The position numbers and the translations under genes are program-made. The notes under the pieces were generated by a model. That model had not been told where the DNA came from, did no database searches, and saw only the letters and a program-made list of their open reading frames with translations. A stretch of DNA of 64,000 bases, taken from positions 87 to 64,086 of the forward strand of contig JAQIBH010000090.1 in assembly GCA_027859205.1 (NCBI GenBank). Direction: 5' to 3'. The stretch comes from Bacteroidales bacterium (GTDB lineage Bacteria > Bacteroidota > Bacteroidia > Bacteroidales > UBA12077). Shown one piece after another: positions 41,385-51,776 of the stretch; the stretch's first letter is position 1; each line of letters opens with the position of its first letter.

Positions 41385-42364
41385 AAATATTTGTGCCACC
41401 AATAAAATCACAAGGAATAAAAACGAAACTTGTGAAATGGATATTTTCTAATGTTGCGGAAAATAAATTTGATAGATGGGTAGAGCCATTTATGGGAACT
41501 GGTGTTGTTGCTTTTAATATACGCCCCCAAAAAGCTCTTTTATGTGATAGTAATCCACACATAATTAAATTTTATAAGGCTTTACAAACTAAGGAAATAA
41601 CATCTGGCTTAGTTAGAAGTTATTTAAAAGAAGAAGGAAGTAAACTTTTAAAAACAGATGGTCAATATTATTATGAAGTACGTGAAAGATTTAATTCAGA
41701 TGGAAATCCTCTTGATTTTTTATTTTTAAGCCGTTCTTGTTTTAATGGCATGATGAGATTTAACAAAAAGGGTGGTTTTAATGTTCCTTTTTGCAAGAAG
41801 CCAAATCGATTTGCTCAAGCACTTGTGACTAAAATTACAAATCAAGTAGAAAATATTTCACAAATAATTAATAATGGAGATTTTGAATTTAAAAACCAAG
41901 ATTTTAAAGAAACATTAAAAGAAGTAGAATCTGGCGATATGGTTTATTCAGATCCTCCATACATTGGTAGACACGTTGATTACTTCGATTCTTGGTCTGA
42001 AGAAGAAGAACTAATTTTGAATAAGGGTTTAGTTGACTCAAACGCTAAATTTATTCTTTCAACTTGGCTGAGCAATAAATATAGAATTAATGATTATGTC
42101 TTTTCAATTTGGAAAGACTCTTTCATAACAACAAAAGAACATTTTTATCATGTTGGAGGAAAAGAGGCTAATAGAAATGCAGTTTATGAAGCATTACTTT
42201 CTAATATTAAATTTGAATACAGTATTTTAAATTCAGAAATGAAATCAAGGATTGAATTAAATGAGTCGCAACTTACTATAAGTGAAAGAGAATATAAAAT
42301 TCCAACTCAGTTATCTTTAACATTAGAAGAAGAACAAAAGCATATGATACATAATAAGAAATAG
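41381..42364 (+). CDS. DNA adenine methyltransferase, M.EcoRV-like (Dam/D12 class, probably GATATC)
   Basis: [46 protein letters not shown]. Confidence 0.93.
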   Translation: MKIFVPPIKSQGIKTKLVKWIFSNVAENKFDRWVEPFMGTGVVAFNIRPQKALLCDSNPHIIKFYKALQTKEITSGLVRSYLKEEGSKLLKTDGQYYYEVRERFNSDGNPLDFLFLSRSCFNGMMRFNKKGGFNVPFCKKPNRFAQALVTKITNQVENISQIINNGDFEFKNQDFKETLKEVESGDMVYSDPPYIGRHVDYFDSWSEEEELILNKGLVDSNAKFILSTWLSNKYRINDYVFSIWKDSFITTKEHFYHVGGKEANRNAVYEALLSNIKFEYSILNSEMKSRIELNESQLTISEREYKIPTQLSLTLEEEQKHMIHNKK

Positions 42365-42466
42365 AGGCAAAATCTTAGAATAATCTTTTCTAACTTCAAT
42401 TTTTTTGATTTTAAATAAAAGTTATGTCCATCTTATATATTCCAAAATGTTACTTATTTGTCAAGC

Positions 42467-42493
42467 TTAGGAGGATGAATTTCATCCTCCTAA
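42467..42493. terminator. Hairpin between the convergent MTase and rsmE
   Basis: TTAGGAGGATGAA-T-TTCATCCTCCTAA. Confidence 0.7.
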
Positions 42494-43191
42494 TTATTTA
42501 TAAGATTAATTGTATGACAAGCTACCATTCCTGCCGTTTCAGTTCTTAAACGACTTTCTCCGAGGCTTATCTCATAAAAGGCATTTTGTTTTGCTTGTAC
42601 AATTTCTTCAGTACTAAAATCTCCTTCAGGTCCAATTAATATTAAGGCATTTTCGTCTTTATTATAGATGTTTTTTAATTGGAACTTTTTATTTTCTTCG
42701 CAATGGGCAATATATTTTTTGCAATCAGTATTCTGATTAATAAAATCATTATAAGTTGTTAAATTATTTAATTTAGGTTTATAAGCTTTAATAGATTGTT
42801 TAACGGCGGATATAATAATTTTTTCTAATCTTTCTGGTTTAATACTTTTTCTTTCAGAATGTTCGCAAATTATTGGTGTTATTTCGTCAATTCCAATTTC
42901 GGTAGCTTTCTCAAGAAACCATTCAAAGCGATCGATATTTTTAGTAGGAGCTATGGCAATATGTAAATAATGGTTTCTTTTTCCAAACTCTTTTTTTGTA
43001 TCAGTTATTTCAACGATACATTTTTTAGGATTGGAGTCGATAATTTTAGCAGAATAAAAGCCACCTTTGCCATCTATAAGTTGAATTTCATCGTTTGTAT
43101 TTAATCGTAATACCTTAATACAATGTTTTGATTCAATTTCATTAAGAGTATATAAATTACTACTTAAATCTGGTGTATAGAATAAATGCAT
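42490..43191 (-). CDS. rsmE: 16S rRNA m3U1498 methyltransferase
   Basis: HCIKVLR, EKATEIG, IGPEGDF, LGESRLRTETAG. Confidence 0.96.
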   Translation of the reverse strand: MHLFYTPDLSSNLYTLNEIESKHCIKVLRLNTNDEIQLIDGKGGFYSAKIIDSNPKKCIVEITDTKKEFGKRNHYLHIAIAPTKNIDRFEWFLEKATEIGIDEITPIICEHSERKSIKPERLEKIIISAVKQSIKAYKPKLNNLTTYNDFINQNTDCKKYIAHCEENKKFQLKNIYNKDENALILIGPEGDFSTEEIVQAKQNAFYEISLGESRLRTETAGMVACHTINLINN

Positions 43192-43240
43192 TTATCTTTG
43201 TGTTTGATTAGCAAAAATAATCATTGAAAATCAATATTAA

Positions 43241-43735
43241 ATGAAAAAGATTGGATTATTATCGGATACGCATAGTAATGTTGATGAAAAAATATTGAAA
43301 TTCTTTACAGATTGCGATGAAATATGGCATGCTGGTGATTTTGGCAATATCGAAACAGCAGATTTAATATCAAAATTAAAGCCTTTGAAAGGAGTGTTTG
43401 GAAATATCGATGGACAGGAAGTAAGAATTGCATATCCAAAAATACAATCTTTTTTATGCGAAAAAGTAAATGTTTTAATGACTCATATTGGGGGATATCC
43501 GGGAAGATATGAAAAAGGAATAAAGGAGATAATAAGGGATTTAAAGCCAAAACTTTTTATCTCGGGTCACTCACATATTTTAAAAGTAATTTACGATGAT
43601 AAAAATGATTTACTGCATATTAATCCAGGTGCAGCAGGCAAATCAGGTTTGCATAAATTTCAAACGGCTGTTCGATTTACTATTGATGAAGAAGAGATAA
43701 AAGACTTAGAAGTTTTTGAAAAGCTTAGGATGTAG
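43241..43735 (+). CDS. Metallophosphoesterase (YfcE/MJ0936-like)
   Basis: SDTH, HAGD, GNID, GHSH, NPGA. Confidence 0.92.
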   Translation: MKKIGLLSDTHSNVDEKILKFFTDCDEIWHAGDFGNIETADLISKLKPLKGVFGNIDGQEVRIAYPKIQSFLCEKVNVLMTHIGGYPGRYEKGIKEIIRDLKPKLFISGHSHILKVIYDDKNDLLHINPGAAGKSGLHKFQTAVRFTIDEEEIKDLEVFEKLRM

Positions 43736-44324
43736 ATTTACTTGCAATTAATCTAATAACAGATGCTTTTCCTTGATGCAATGAACTTTCGTTTAAATTT
43801 ATTTCTTTTTGTTCAAGTAATTCGATGTTATGGTTTTTAAAATCATTTTGAATATCCTTTAAGCTATACAGTAAATCCATATTTTTTGGACCTCCAGATT
43901 TATTTGCGAACTGTAATTTCGAAAAACATTCCATTAGTATTTTACCATTTGGATTCAAATATTTTGAAAGTCCTGCATGAAAAGTGTGTCTAATAATAGG
44001 AGGTAGGTGAAGGTAAATAATTGATATTAAATCAAATTTATCTTTTGAACTAAATGTTTCTACTGTTGAATTAAGATAATTAATTTGAACATTGTTTTCT
44101 ATTGCAAAACTAAGTGCCTTATTTTTAGCAGAATCGCTATAATCATAAGCGGTAACATCCCAACCATGGATAGCAGCGTAAACCGCATTTCTACCTTCTC
44201 CATCGCCAGGTAATAGAATTTTACCCGGTGGATTATTCTCAATAAATGATTTAAAGAAATCGTTAGGTTTAACACCATAAATAAATTCTTCAGTTGTATA
44301 CCTTGAATTCCAGGATTCTTTCAC
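43725..44324 (-). CDS. Class I SAM-dependent methyltransferase
   Basis: WNSRY..YG..PN, GDGEGRNA, SGGP. Confidence 0.88.
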   Translation of the reverse strand: MKESWNSRYTTEEFIYGVKPNDFFKSFIENNPPGKILLPGDGEGRNAVYAAIHGWDVTAYDYSDSAKNKALSFAIENNVQINYLNSTVETFSSKDKFDLISIIYLHLPPIIRHTFHAGLSKYLNPNGKILMECFSKLQFANKSGGPKNMDLLYSLKDIQNDFKNHNIELLEQKEINLNESSLHQGKASVIRLIASKSTS

Positions 44325-44335
44325 TATTCTTAGTT

Positions 44336-47300
44336 TTAGTTAATTTCTTTATTTATACCTTTTTCTTCACTCTGTTGTTCATTTTCCTTTGGGTTATCTT
44401 CTATATTTTTTTCTTTTGGATCATTGTCAAGTTCTTTTTCAATTTGTTCAATTTGTAGTTTTTCTTGTTCCAATCTTTTTAGTTCTTCTGCTTTTGCTTC
44501 TTGAGCTTCCTCAAATAACCTCATATTACGTAGGAATTGAACTTTGTTTTGTTCAGTTGCAATAATGTATCTATATGGTGTTTCTCCTTTTGGTGTTTTC
44601 AGTTTTCTTGATCTTTTCCTTATATTTTGTATTACATTAACAAAGTTTTTATTATTTGAGAGTGTTTGCATAACACCTCGAGTATAAGAAAAGTAATAAT
44701 AATCTTTATTTGGAAGTTCAAAATAAAACTTCATAATATCACCACTTCTTCTTTTTAGAATTTGTAAGTATCCATTTACGTATTTATTAATAGGTTTATT
44801 ATTTATGGTAGCAATTCCAATTTTCCCATAATTAAGATAAGATCCTGTTTCGGTATACCAATTAAATTTCACACTTCCTAAAAGAACTGTATGTTGAGTC
44901 GATTTTGGTAATTTTGCTTCGTTGGTATACAGCATTAATTGATCTTTAAACACTTCATAGTCATTTTTTCCTACTAATTCGTTCATGTTTTTTTCAAAAA
45001 ACCTTGAAGTTAGACTCATCGGATCGAGACTTTGAGCAGACTGTAATTCGTACACTAAAGTATCAAGAGCTGCATCAGAGATAAATAAATCAAGACCTAA
45101 AATTAATTTGGTTTTGATTTCATTTTTCTCAAGTTTATGATTTACTGAACCTACCGGAGATAATTTTATTTGTCCTAAATCAATTCCTAAATTAACTTTG
45201 CCTTCTCCATGCTGTAAACAAAGATCTTTTTGTAAAGTAACTACATTCCCCGAAGTGTCAGGGTTTAAATGTTTGGATCTTTCTGCAATAATATATTTTT
45301 TTGAATTTTTGTTATAAAATAAAAATCCAGTCGCATCTACTAATGCAATATCGTTTGGATCTCTTCTTCTGTCTAAAAATCTTGAATAAATATGTGAAGA
45401 GTCTATTGTTATAAAACTTGCAGCATGTAATCCTCTGCCACTAATACTTTTTGTTGTTTTTGATATCGGAATATAAATACTATCTGGATTTATTTCACTT
45501 TTGAAATAGGCATAATTTGGTTCTTTTACCGGGCAACCATGTTCTAATTTAACGCCTCCATTAAATGTTAAACGTCTTCTGTTGGCATATAAAATAACAT
45601 CTCCTCGATAATTATAAACGGGGCTTAATGTGAAATTATCTTCTTTTATAATTTTACTTTTAGCTACAGTCTGGTATGAACTGTCTACAAAAATATCTGT
45701 AAAATGAATGTTTTGGATTTCTTTATTTTCGTCAATATAGTCATAGTCTCCTGTTCCAAGATATTTGTAGCGACCTTTTATATTTATTTTAGCCTTATAT
45801 ATTTTATGATATCTATTCTTTGTATTAGCAATTATCTCAGAATTTTTTAAGGTTTGAATTTCGGCAACATGCCCAATGGTTACATTATTTTTATCGGGGA
45901 ATATAAGTGCATCGGCTACTTTAATGTATTCAACTTGAGAAGCGCTAATAATGCTATCTCTCAATTTATATGTTGATTTTGTTGATGCAAATCGAAGCGA
46001 ATCCTGACTGCGATGAATTGACATGAATAAGGCACCAGGTAGATTATCATCTTTTAATTTAGCTAATTCTCGAATTTCTTGTGAGGCTGTTGAATCAACT
46101 TGCGGACTAGACTCAATAGCTATTTCATCATTTGCTATATTCCAATCAAATTTGTCCAGGTAGCTTAAATACAAATGCTTTGGAAACTTTGCAATTGTAA
46201 ATGGTTCGTTAGAGTTAAAATTTCCTATTTGGGTTGAAAAATCAACTTTCCCATTCACATTTTCAGTTATAAAATTGAAATCAGTCTTTTTTAATGATTT
46301 TAAACTGAATGTTGTTGAATCTGAGTTAAACGAATTAGATTCAAAATTAAAAAAGTTAGATTTTAATTCGGCCTTTTCAAGATTCATTGTACCTGAGCCA
46401 GTTAATCCAATTGGTTGAATAATAAGTGAGCCTGAAAGAAGAGAATTATTTCCAAACATAATGAACGGATCTCCTTTTTGCTCTGCGTACATAATATTTT
46501 TATATGGATACCAGCTAATATAAACTTCGCTTGAGCTCAATTCCGGAAACTCGATTCCGGAGGTTCGCTGCGCAAGTGTAAAGTCATTCGCATGAATATT
46601 TGTTGAATCGGGGAAGAAAATAATATCATCAGTTTGCGCTTTCGCTGTTAAATATTCCAAAGTTCCAGAGCCTTTTAAACCTTTGTTGCTTAAATCAATA
46701 ATATTGTAGTATGTTCCTTTACCTTCATAAAGAGGAAATCCTTCATCAGGAGTATTTCGCTTAAAGCCAAGTGAATTATCAGGACGCTGATAAATTGCAT
46801 CGTTAAAAGGTGGGAATATATTTGAAGAATTAAAACGACCGTCGAATCTTAAGCCCTTTGAAGAAAAATTGTCCAAACTGTCTATTACAAATGGATCAAG
46901 TTCAAAATAGAAACTGTCTCTTTTATAAATACCATCGTAAATTTGCGGATCATCGTAGTATACAAAGGAATTATCATAACTTTTAAAAATAGGATATTCA
47001 GGAAATCGTTTAAATCCCGATTTGTTATATGGTTTATCAATATATAAATCTCCTGTAATTACTTCAATTTTATTTTGGATCAAGTCCAAAAGAGGATTAT
47101 TATACATATCGCGTTCTTCTGTTTGAACCTTTATTTCTAGTGAGTTTATATTCGAAAGGCTGATTCTAAAAGTGTCGTAATGAAAATAGAATTCTTGACC
47201 ATAAAATGTAAATAATCCAGCTTCAACAATTCCAGCAAAACTAAAATCCCTGTTCTTTTGCATTATTATTTGGTTATCTTGCGGGTAAATGGCAACATTC

Positions 47301-48994
47301 TGGGAATCAGATAGAAATATTTGAGGTATTCCTTTTATTTCGAGATTGTAGTTATTCAAATCTAGTACACCATTATGATTTAAACCTTCGGTTATTGAAT
47401 TAAACTTTATTACATCATAGTCAATCTTGCCATATCGAGCATCCATAAAATCATAAAGTTTTTGCTTAATTATAGCTTCATCTTTATCGGCATCATAAAA
47501 AACAAATCCATCAACACTTAGATACATTAACATTTGTTTAATCTGGTAATCATCATATTTTAGAAAACGCGCTAATTCTTCTCCTGAAAATGTTTCTGAG
47601 TTTATTTTTTTCGAAAAGTTTTTTAAAACATAAAGTGGATGAAATTCATCTCTTAGCATAATTCTTTCAAACTCCATCAGATTAAAAAAGTTTGAAGAAG
47701 TAAATGTTGCATTTCCAATTGCTCCACCTCGCTTTTTCGTTAGATAAATTTTATCTTCATTTATTCGCCATAGCAATTGATCAAAACTCATTGATATTTG
47801 ATGGTATGAATTAAAGTATGGACTTTTTGATACAATTCTTTCTGATGGAGTTAAAGATACCTCCTTTAGTTTCGAAGTATAATTTAATGAAACCCCAGGG
47901 TGGAAAATCGAATCATTTTTTAAACGTATTGTTATTTGTGCGTTATTGGAAACAATTCGACCTTGCTTAAACATATAAGTATTTGAAACAGCAGTAATTA
48001 TTGTTGTATCATTTTTTTGAATATAAAGATGTGCTAGATTATTTTGATCTCCAGAACCAAGTAAGTTAGCACCTTTCATTGAAAATCCACCATCGTAATT
48101 TATGTCAGGATAAATATTTTCTATGTGAAACCTCTTCTGATATGAATTGAACTCAGGGTAAATAGCTCTGTCAGCAGTTATTACGTGAACTACTTGATCA
48201 GATAATCTTCCTAGTATTGGTTCGTCAAAATAAATTTTATTATAGAAGGTTACAGAATCAGCTGTATATCCTGATTTTGTGAAATTTATTTTATAATTTT
48301 TTAGAATGGCATTTACACTATTTGCTTCATAATCGGCTCTTTCCCAGTTAACAATACCATTTATTCCATGCCATTTATTAGTTGTAGGATAAAACTCGCC
48401 AGAGGTTTCAAAAATATTAATAGAATCTTTTTTTATCCTACAAGTCAAGTTAGTTTTTTTAAATACTATTTTTAATTCTTTATCAACTATAATTTCAAAA
48501 TCTTTTGAGCTTGTTTCCCAATTTGTTGAGTATGAGCTGTATAAAATATTTCTTTCAATTAATGATTTTGAATTATTAAAATAACCAGTGATTACTCTTA
48601 GTGGGAATTTTTCGTTTTCAAAAATATAATATATACCTTTTTCCCAGTTATCGTAATGTTTTAAGGCTTCTTCTGAACGATAAAAGGCCATCACTATATC
48701 AAAGTATTTTGTAAAATGAGGATTACGACGGGCTTTGTTTTTTAACATTAAATTACAAACATCAATAAATCGATCTTTAATATCATTAGAATAGTAACCT
48801 ATATTCCATCTTTCGAGGAATATTTTTAGACTATCCTCTTCGTGTTCTGGTAAATTTCTATTAACAAATCCTTCAAATTGTTCAATAAATATTGTTGAGT
48901 CTTTTTGAAATTCCTTTATATCTTGAGCAGATGTGGTTATTGCAATTAAACTCAAAATAGTAAAGAAGAAACTTTTAAATAAATAATTTTTCAT
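44336..48994 (-). CDS. Large exported beta-rich hypothetical protein (1552 aa)
   Basis: Signal peptide, long Gly/aromatic beta-strand pattern, acidic coiled C-terminal tail. Confidence 0.85.
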   Translation of the reverse strand: MKNYLFKSFFFTILSLIAITTSAQDIKEFQKDSTIFIEQFEGFVNRNLPEHEEDSLKIFLERWNIGYYSNDIKDRFIDVCNLMLKNKARRNPHFTKYFDIVMAFYRSEEALKHYDNWEKGIYYIFENEKFPLRVITGYFNNSKSLIERNILYSSYSTNWETSSKDFEIIVDKELKIVFKKTNLTCRIKKDSINIFETSGEFYPTTNKWHGINGIVNWERADYEANSVNAILKNYKINFTKSGYTADSVTFYNKIYFDEPILGRLSDQVVHVITADRAIYPEFNSYQKRFHIENIYPDINYDGGFSMKGANLLGSGDQNNLAHLYIQKNDTTIITAVSNTYMFKQGRIVSNNAQITIRLKNDSIFHPGVSLNYTSKLKEVSLTPSERIVSKSPYFNSYHQISMSFDQLLWRINEDKIYLTKKRGGAIGNATFTSSNFFNLMEFERIMLRDEFHPLYVLKNFSKKINSETFSGEELARFLKYDDYQIKQMLMYLSVDGFVFYDADKDEAIIKQKLYDFMDARYGKIDYDVIKFNSITEGLNHNGVLDLNNYNLEIKGIPQIFLSDSQNVAIYPQDNQIIMQKNRDFSFAGIVEAGLFTFYGQEFYFHYDTFRISLSNINSLEIKVQTEERDMYNNPLLDLIQNKIEVITGDLYIDKPYNKSGFKRFPEYPIFKSYDNSFVYYDDPQIYDGIYKRDSFYFELDPFVIDSLDNFSSKGLRFDGRFNSSNIFPPFNDAIYQRPDNSLGFKRNTPDEGFPLYEGKGTYYNIIDLSNKGLKGSGTLEYLTAKAQTDDIIFFPDSTNIHANDFTLAQRTSGIEFPELSSSEVYISWYPYKNIMYAEQKGDPFIMFGNNSLLSGSLIIQPIGLTGSGTMNLEKAELKSNFFNFESNSFNSDSTTFSLKSLKKTDFNFITENVNGKVDFSTQIGNFNSNEPFTIAKFPKHLYLSYLDKFDWNIANDEIAIESSPQVDSTASQEIRELAKLKDDNLPGALFMSIHRSQDSLRFASTKSTYKLRDSIISASQVEYIKVADALIFPDKNNVTIGHVAEIQTLKNSEIIANTKNRYHKIYKAKINIKGRYKYLGTGDYDYIDENKEIQNIHFTDIFVDSSYQTVAKSKIIKEDNFTLSPVYNYRGDVILYANRRRLTFNGGVKLEHGCPVKEPNYAYFKSEINPDSIYIPISKTTKSISGRGLHAASFITIDSSHIYSRFLDRRRDPNDIALVDATGFLFYNKNSKKYIIAERSKHLNPDTSGNVVTLQKDLCLQHGEGKVNLGIDLGQIKLSPVGSVNHKLEKNEIKTKLILGLDLFISDAALDTLVYELQSAQSLDPMSLTSRFFEKNMNELVGKNDYEVFKDQLMLYTNEAKLPKSTQHTVLLGSVKFNWYTETGSYLNYGKIGIATINNKPINKYVNGYLQILKRRSGDIMKFYFELPNKDYYYFSYTRGVMQTLSNNKNFVNVIQNIRKRSRKLKTPKGETPYRYIIATEQNKVQFLRNMRLFEEAQEAKAEELKRLEQEKLQIEQIEKELDNDPKEKNIEDNPKENEQQSEEKGINKEIN

Positions 48995-49015
48995 CGTGTA
49001 TGATTTTTTACGATT

Positions 49016-49855
49016 CTATTTCTTCAAGAATGTAGCAGCTACCCAGTCATTTTTCTCATGATGAGATATATGATTTATACCAAAATTAAATGTTTCTTCT
49101 CGAATCATTGTGAGATCTTTGGTATATAATCCGCTAAGTAAAAGAGTGCCATTTTTCTTTAGAACTTTTGCATAATGTTTAATATCATCCATTAAAATGT
49201 TTCTATTGATATTAGCGATAATAATATCAAACTGTTGTTCATTTAAAAGATTGGCGTCACCAATAAATACTTTAATATTTGAGCAATTATTTTTTTTAAT
49301 ATTTTCAACAGTATTATTGTACGCCCATTCATCAATATCAATTGCAGTAACTTCTTTAGCTCCTTTAAATGACGCTAAAATACCTAACACACCTGTACCG
49401 CAACCCATATCAAGTACATTTTTCTCTTCGAAGTTTTGTTCAAGTATTGTTTTTAACATTAAAAATGTTGTTTCGTGATGTCCTGTTCCAAATGACATTT
49501 TAGGCTCGATAATTATTTCATACTTTGTTTTGGGTGTATCTTTATGAAACGGTGCCCGAATAAGACATTGCTCGTCAACTAGTATTGGTTCGAAGTTGCT
49601 TTCCCAGACTTGATTCCAATTCTGAGTTTTAATTACTTCAGAGGTATATTCAATATTAACATTAGGAATTCCGTTTACTTGTAATTGTTTCACTTTTTCC
49701 AGATCAAAGAATTTTTCTAAGATATAGGCCTGTAATCCGTCATCGGTTTGGTCATAACTTTCGTATCCAATTTCATTTAGTTCAGCAACTAGAATATCAT
49801 TTATTTCTTGAGTGTTTTCAGCTGTTATTTTGCACGATAATTCAATGTAATCCAT
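49016..49855 (-). CDS. prmA: Ribosomal protein L11 methyltransferase
   Basis: PKMSFGTGHHETT, LDMGCGTGVL, ANIN, LSG. Confidence 0.96.
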   Translation of the reverse strand: MDYIELSCKITAENTQEINDILVAELNEIGYESYDQTDDGLQAYILEKFFDLEKVKQLQVNGIPNVNIEYTSEVIKTQNWNQVWESNFEPILVDEQCLIRAPFHKDTPKTKYEIIIEPKMSFGTGHHETTFLMLKTILEQNFEEKNVLDMGCGTGVLGILASFKGAKEVTAIDIDEWAYNNTVENIKKNNCSNIKVFIGDANLLNEQQFDIIIANINRNILMDDIKHYAKVLKKNGTLLLSGLYTKDLTMIREETFNFGINHISHHEKNDWVAATFLKK

Positions 49856-49864
49856 ATAAATTTT

Positions 49865-50617
49865 TTAAAACGATTTTGATATCTCAATAAATTCATCTGC
49901 ATTAAGAGATGCCCCACCAATAAGCCCTCCATCGACATCGGGATTTGCAAATAATTCCTTTGCATTTGAAGGTTTACAACTGCCTCCGTAAAGAATTGAT
50001 AAATTATTTGCTATATCGGAGTCGTATATATTTTTAATTGTTTCACGAATGAATTGATGAATTTCTTGTGCTTGATCTGGAGTAGCAGTTTTACCAGTCC
50101 CAATAGCCCAAACAGGCTCATAAGCAATTATAATGTTTATAAAATCTTCGGGAGATATTTCTTTTAACATTCCATTTATTTGCTTAGCTACAATTTCAAA
50201 GTGTTTGTTTTCTTCCCTTTCTTTTAAAACTTCGCCACAGCATATAATTGGAATTAAATCATTTTTTAAACCAAGCTTTATTTTTTCGTTAATTATTTGA
50301 TCTGTTTCGTGATAATATGCACGTCGTTCCGAATGTCCTAAAATAACGTAATTAGCTCCTGCGGATTTTAACATTGAAGCAGAAATATCACCTGTATATG
50401 CTCCGTGCGACTGATTTGAGCAGTTTTGGCCTGCAAGACCTATAGTCTTGTATTTTAAAGCTTTAGCAGCTTCATTTGTTAAAATAAATGGAGGAGCAAT
50501 AATTAACTGAACTTCTTTTACTGCATCGAATTTTTCAACAAGTTCATTTATTAAATCAACACCTTCCGAAAAGGTATTATTCATTTTCCAGTTTCCTGCT
50601 ACTATTTGTGTTCTCAT
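49865..50617 (-). CDS. tpiA: Triosephosphate isomerase
   Basis: AGNWKMN, GHSERR, AYEPVWAIGTG, YGGS, GGAS. Confidence 0.98.
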   Translation of the reverse strand: MRTQIVAGNWKMNNTFSEGVDLINELVEKFDAVKEVQLIIAPPFILTNEAAKALKYKTIGLAGQNCSNQSHGAYTGDISASMLKSAGANYVILGHSERRAYYHETDQIINEKIKLGLKNDLIPIICCGEVLKEREENKHFEIVAKQINGMLKEISPEDFINIIIAYEPVWAIGTGKTATPDQAQEIHQFIRETIKNIYDSDIANNLSILYGGSCKPSNAKELFANPDVDGGLIGGASLNADEFIEISKSF

Positions 50618-50681
50618 ATTTAATAATTTAAAAATCTTTATAGCTAATCAAAAATAAGAAATTAAACATAAAAATGTTAGA

Positions 50682-51767
50682 TTAAGGATTGCTTAGTCGT
50701 ATTCTTGGATCTAAAATACCATATAAAATATCAACAAGCGTATTGATAATTATAAAGATAACCGAAATAGTTAATACGCAACCTACAATAACAGGGAAAT
50801 CGTAATTGTTTAATGAACTGACTATAATATAACCTAAACCTTTCCAACCAAAAATGTACTCAATAAAAACAACACCTGCCATTAAAGAAGCAAACCATCC
50901 AGATATGGCTGTAATTACAGGGTTTAAAGAGTTTTTTAAAGCGTGTTTCCATATTATACGTTTAAATGACAAACCTTTTGCTTTCGCTGTTCTGATATAA
51001 TCTTGAGATAAAACATCTAACATTGAGTTACGTGCTAACTGAATAACAATTGCTAAAGGTCTTATCCCTAGAGTAAGTGCAGGAAGAATTAGATTTTTAA
51101 GTTGTAAATGTATGCCATTGCCTAGGTCATCTATTTCGTATAAATTTCCGGTTAAATTTAATCCGGTTATATCGGAAAGTACAAATGCAAAAATCCAACC
51201 GATAATAATCGCAGCAAAAAAGGAGGGAAGTGACATTCCAAGGGCCGAGAATAATAACGATGAACGATCAAAAAAACTATCTTTTTTTATTGCAGCAATT
51301 ATACCAAGCAATACACCCAGTAAAGTTGCAAATATTATTGAGGTTAGAGCTAAAATGAAAGTATTCGGCAATGTTTCTGCTATAATTTCTGAAACCAATT
51401 TTTTACTTTGATATGATCGTCTTAAAAATGGTGTTTTTAAAACAATAATATTTTCCGAAGAGATATTAAAAAGTTTTTTTACTTTTTGCTTTTTTATGTC
51501 TAAATAGAAATAACTTTCAATGTTTTTTTCATTATGAAACGAAATAATTGAAAGATCATTTAAATATTTTAAGTATTGCATCCCTTTTGATTTATCTAAA
51601 CCAAGTTCTTTCCTAATAGATTCAACGGTGGATATGTCTGATCGTTGGCCAAGCATCATTTTTGCAGGATCGCCGGGTAAAATATTAAATAAAAAAAAGA
51701 TTACAGTTATTACACCCCAAAGTATTAATAGGGCATATGCCATGCGTTTTATAAAAAAATTAATCAC
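50682..51767 (-). CDS. Peptide ABC transporter permease (DppB/OppB-like)
   Basis: PGDPA, YIRTAKAKGL EAA loop, HALKN, DPRIR. Confidence 0.92.
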   Translation of the reverse strand: MINFFIKRMAYALLILWGVITVIFFLFNILPGDPAKMMLGQRSDISTVESIRKELGLDKSKGMQYLKYLNDLSIISFHNEKNIESYFYLDIKKQKVKKLFNISSENIIVLKTPFLRRSYQSKKLVSEIIAETLPNTFILALTSIIFATLLGVLLGIIAAIKKDSFFDRSSLLFSALGMSLPSFFAAIIIGWIFAFVLSDITGLNLTGNLYEIDDLGNGIHLQLKNLILPALTLGIRPLAIVIQLARNSMLDVLSQDYIRTAKAKGLSFKRIIWKHALKNSLNPVITAISGWFASLMAGVVFIEYIFGWKGLGYIIVSSLNNYDFPVIVGCVLTISVIFIIINTLVDILYGILDPRIRLSNP

Positions 51768-51776
51768 AAATTTATT

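Noticed and set aside
40307-42466. Mobile-element boundaries around the R-M pair
   Set aside because: No transposase, terminal inverted repeats or target duplication could be seen by eye
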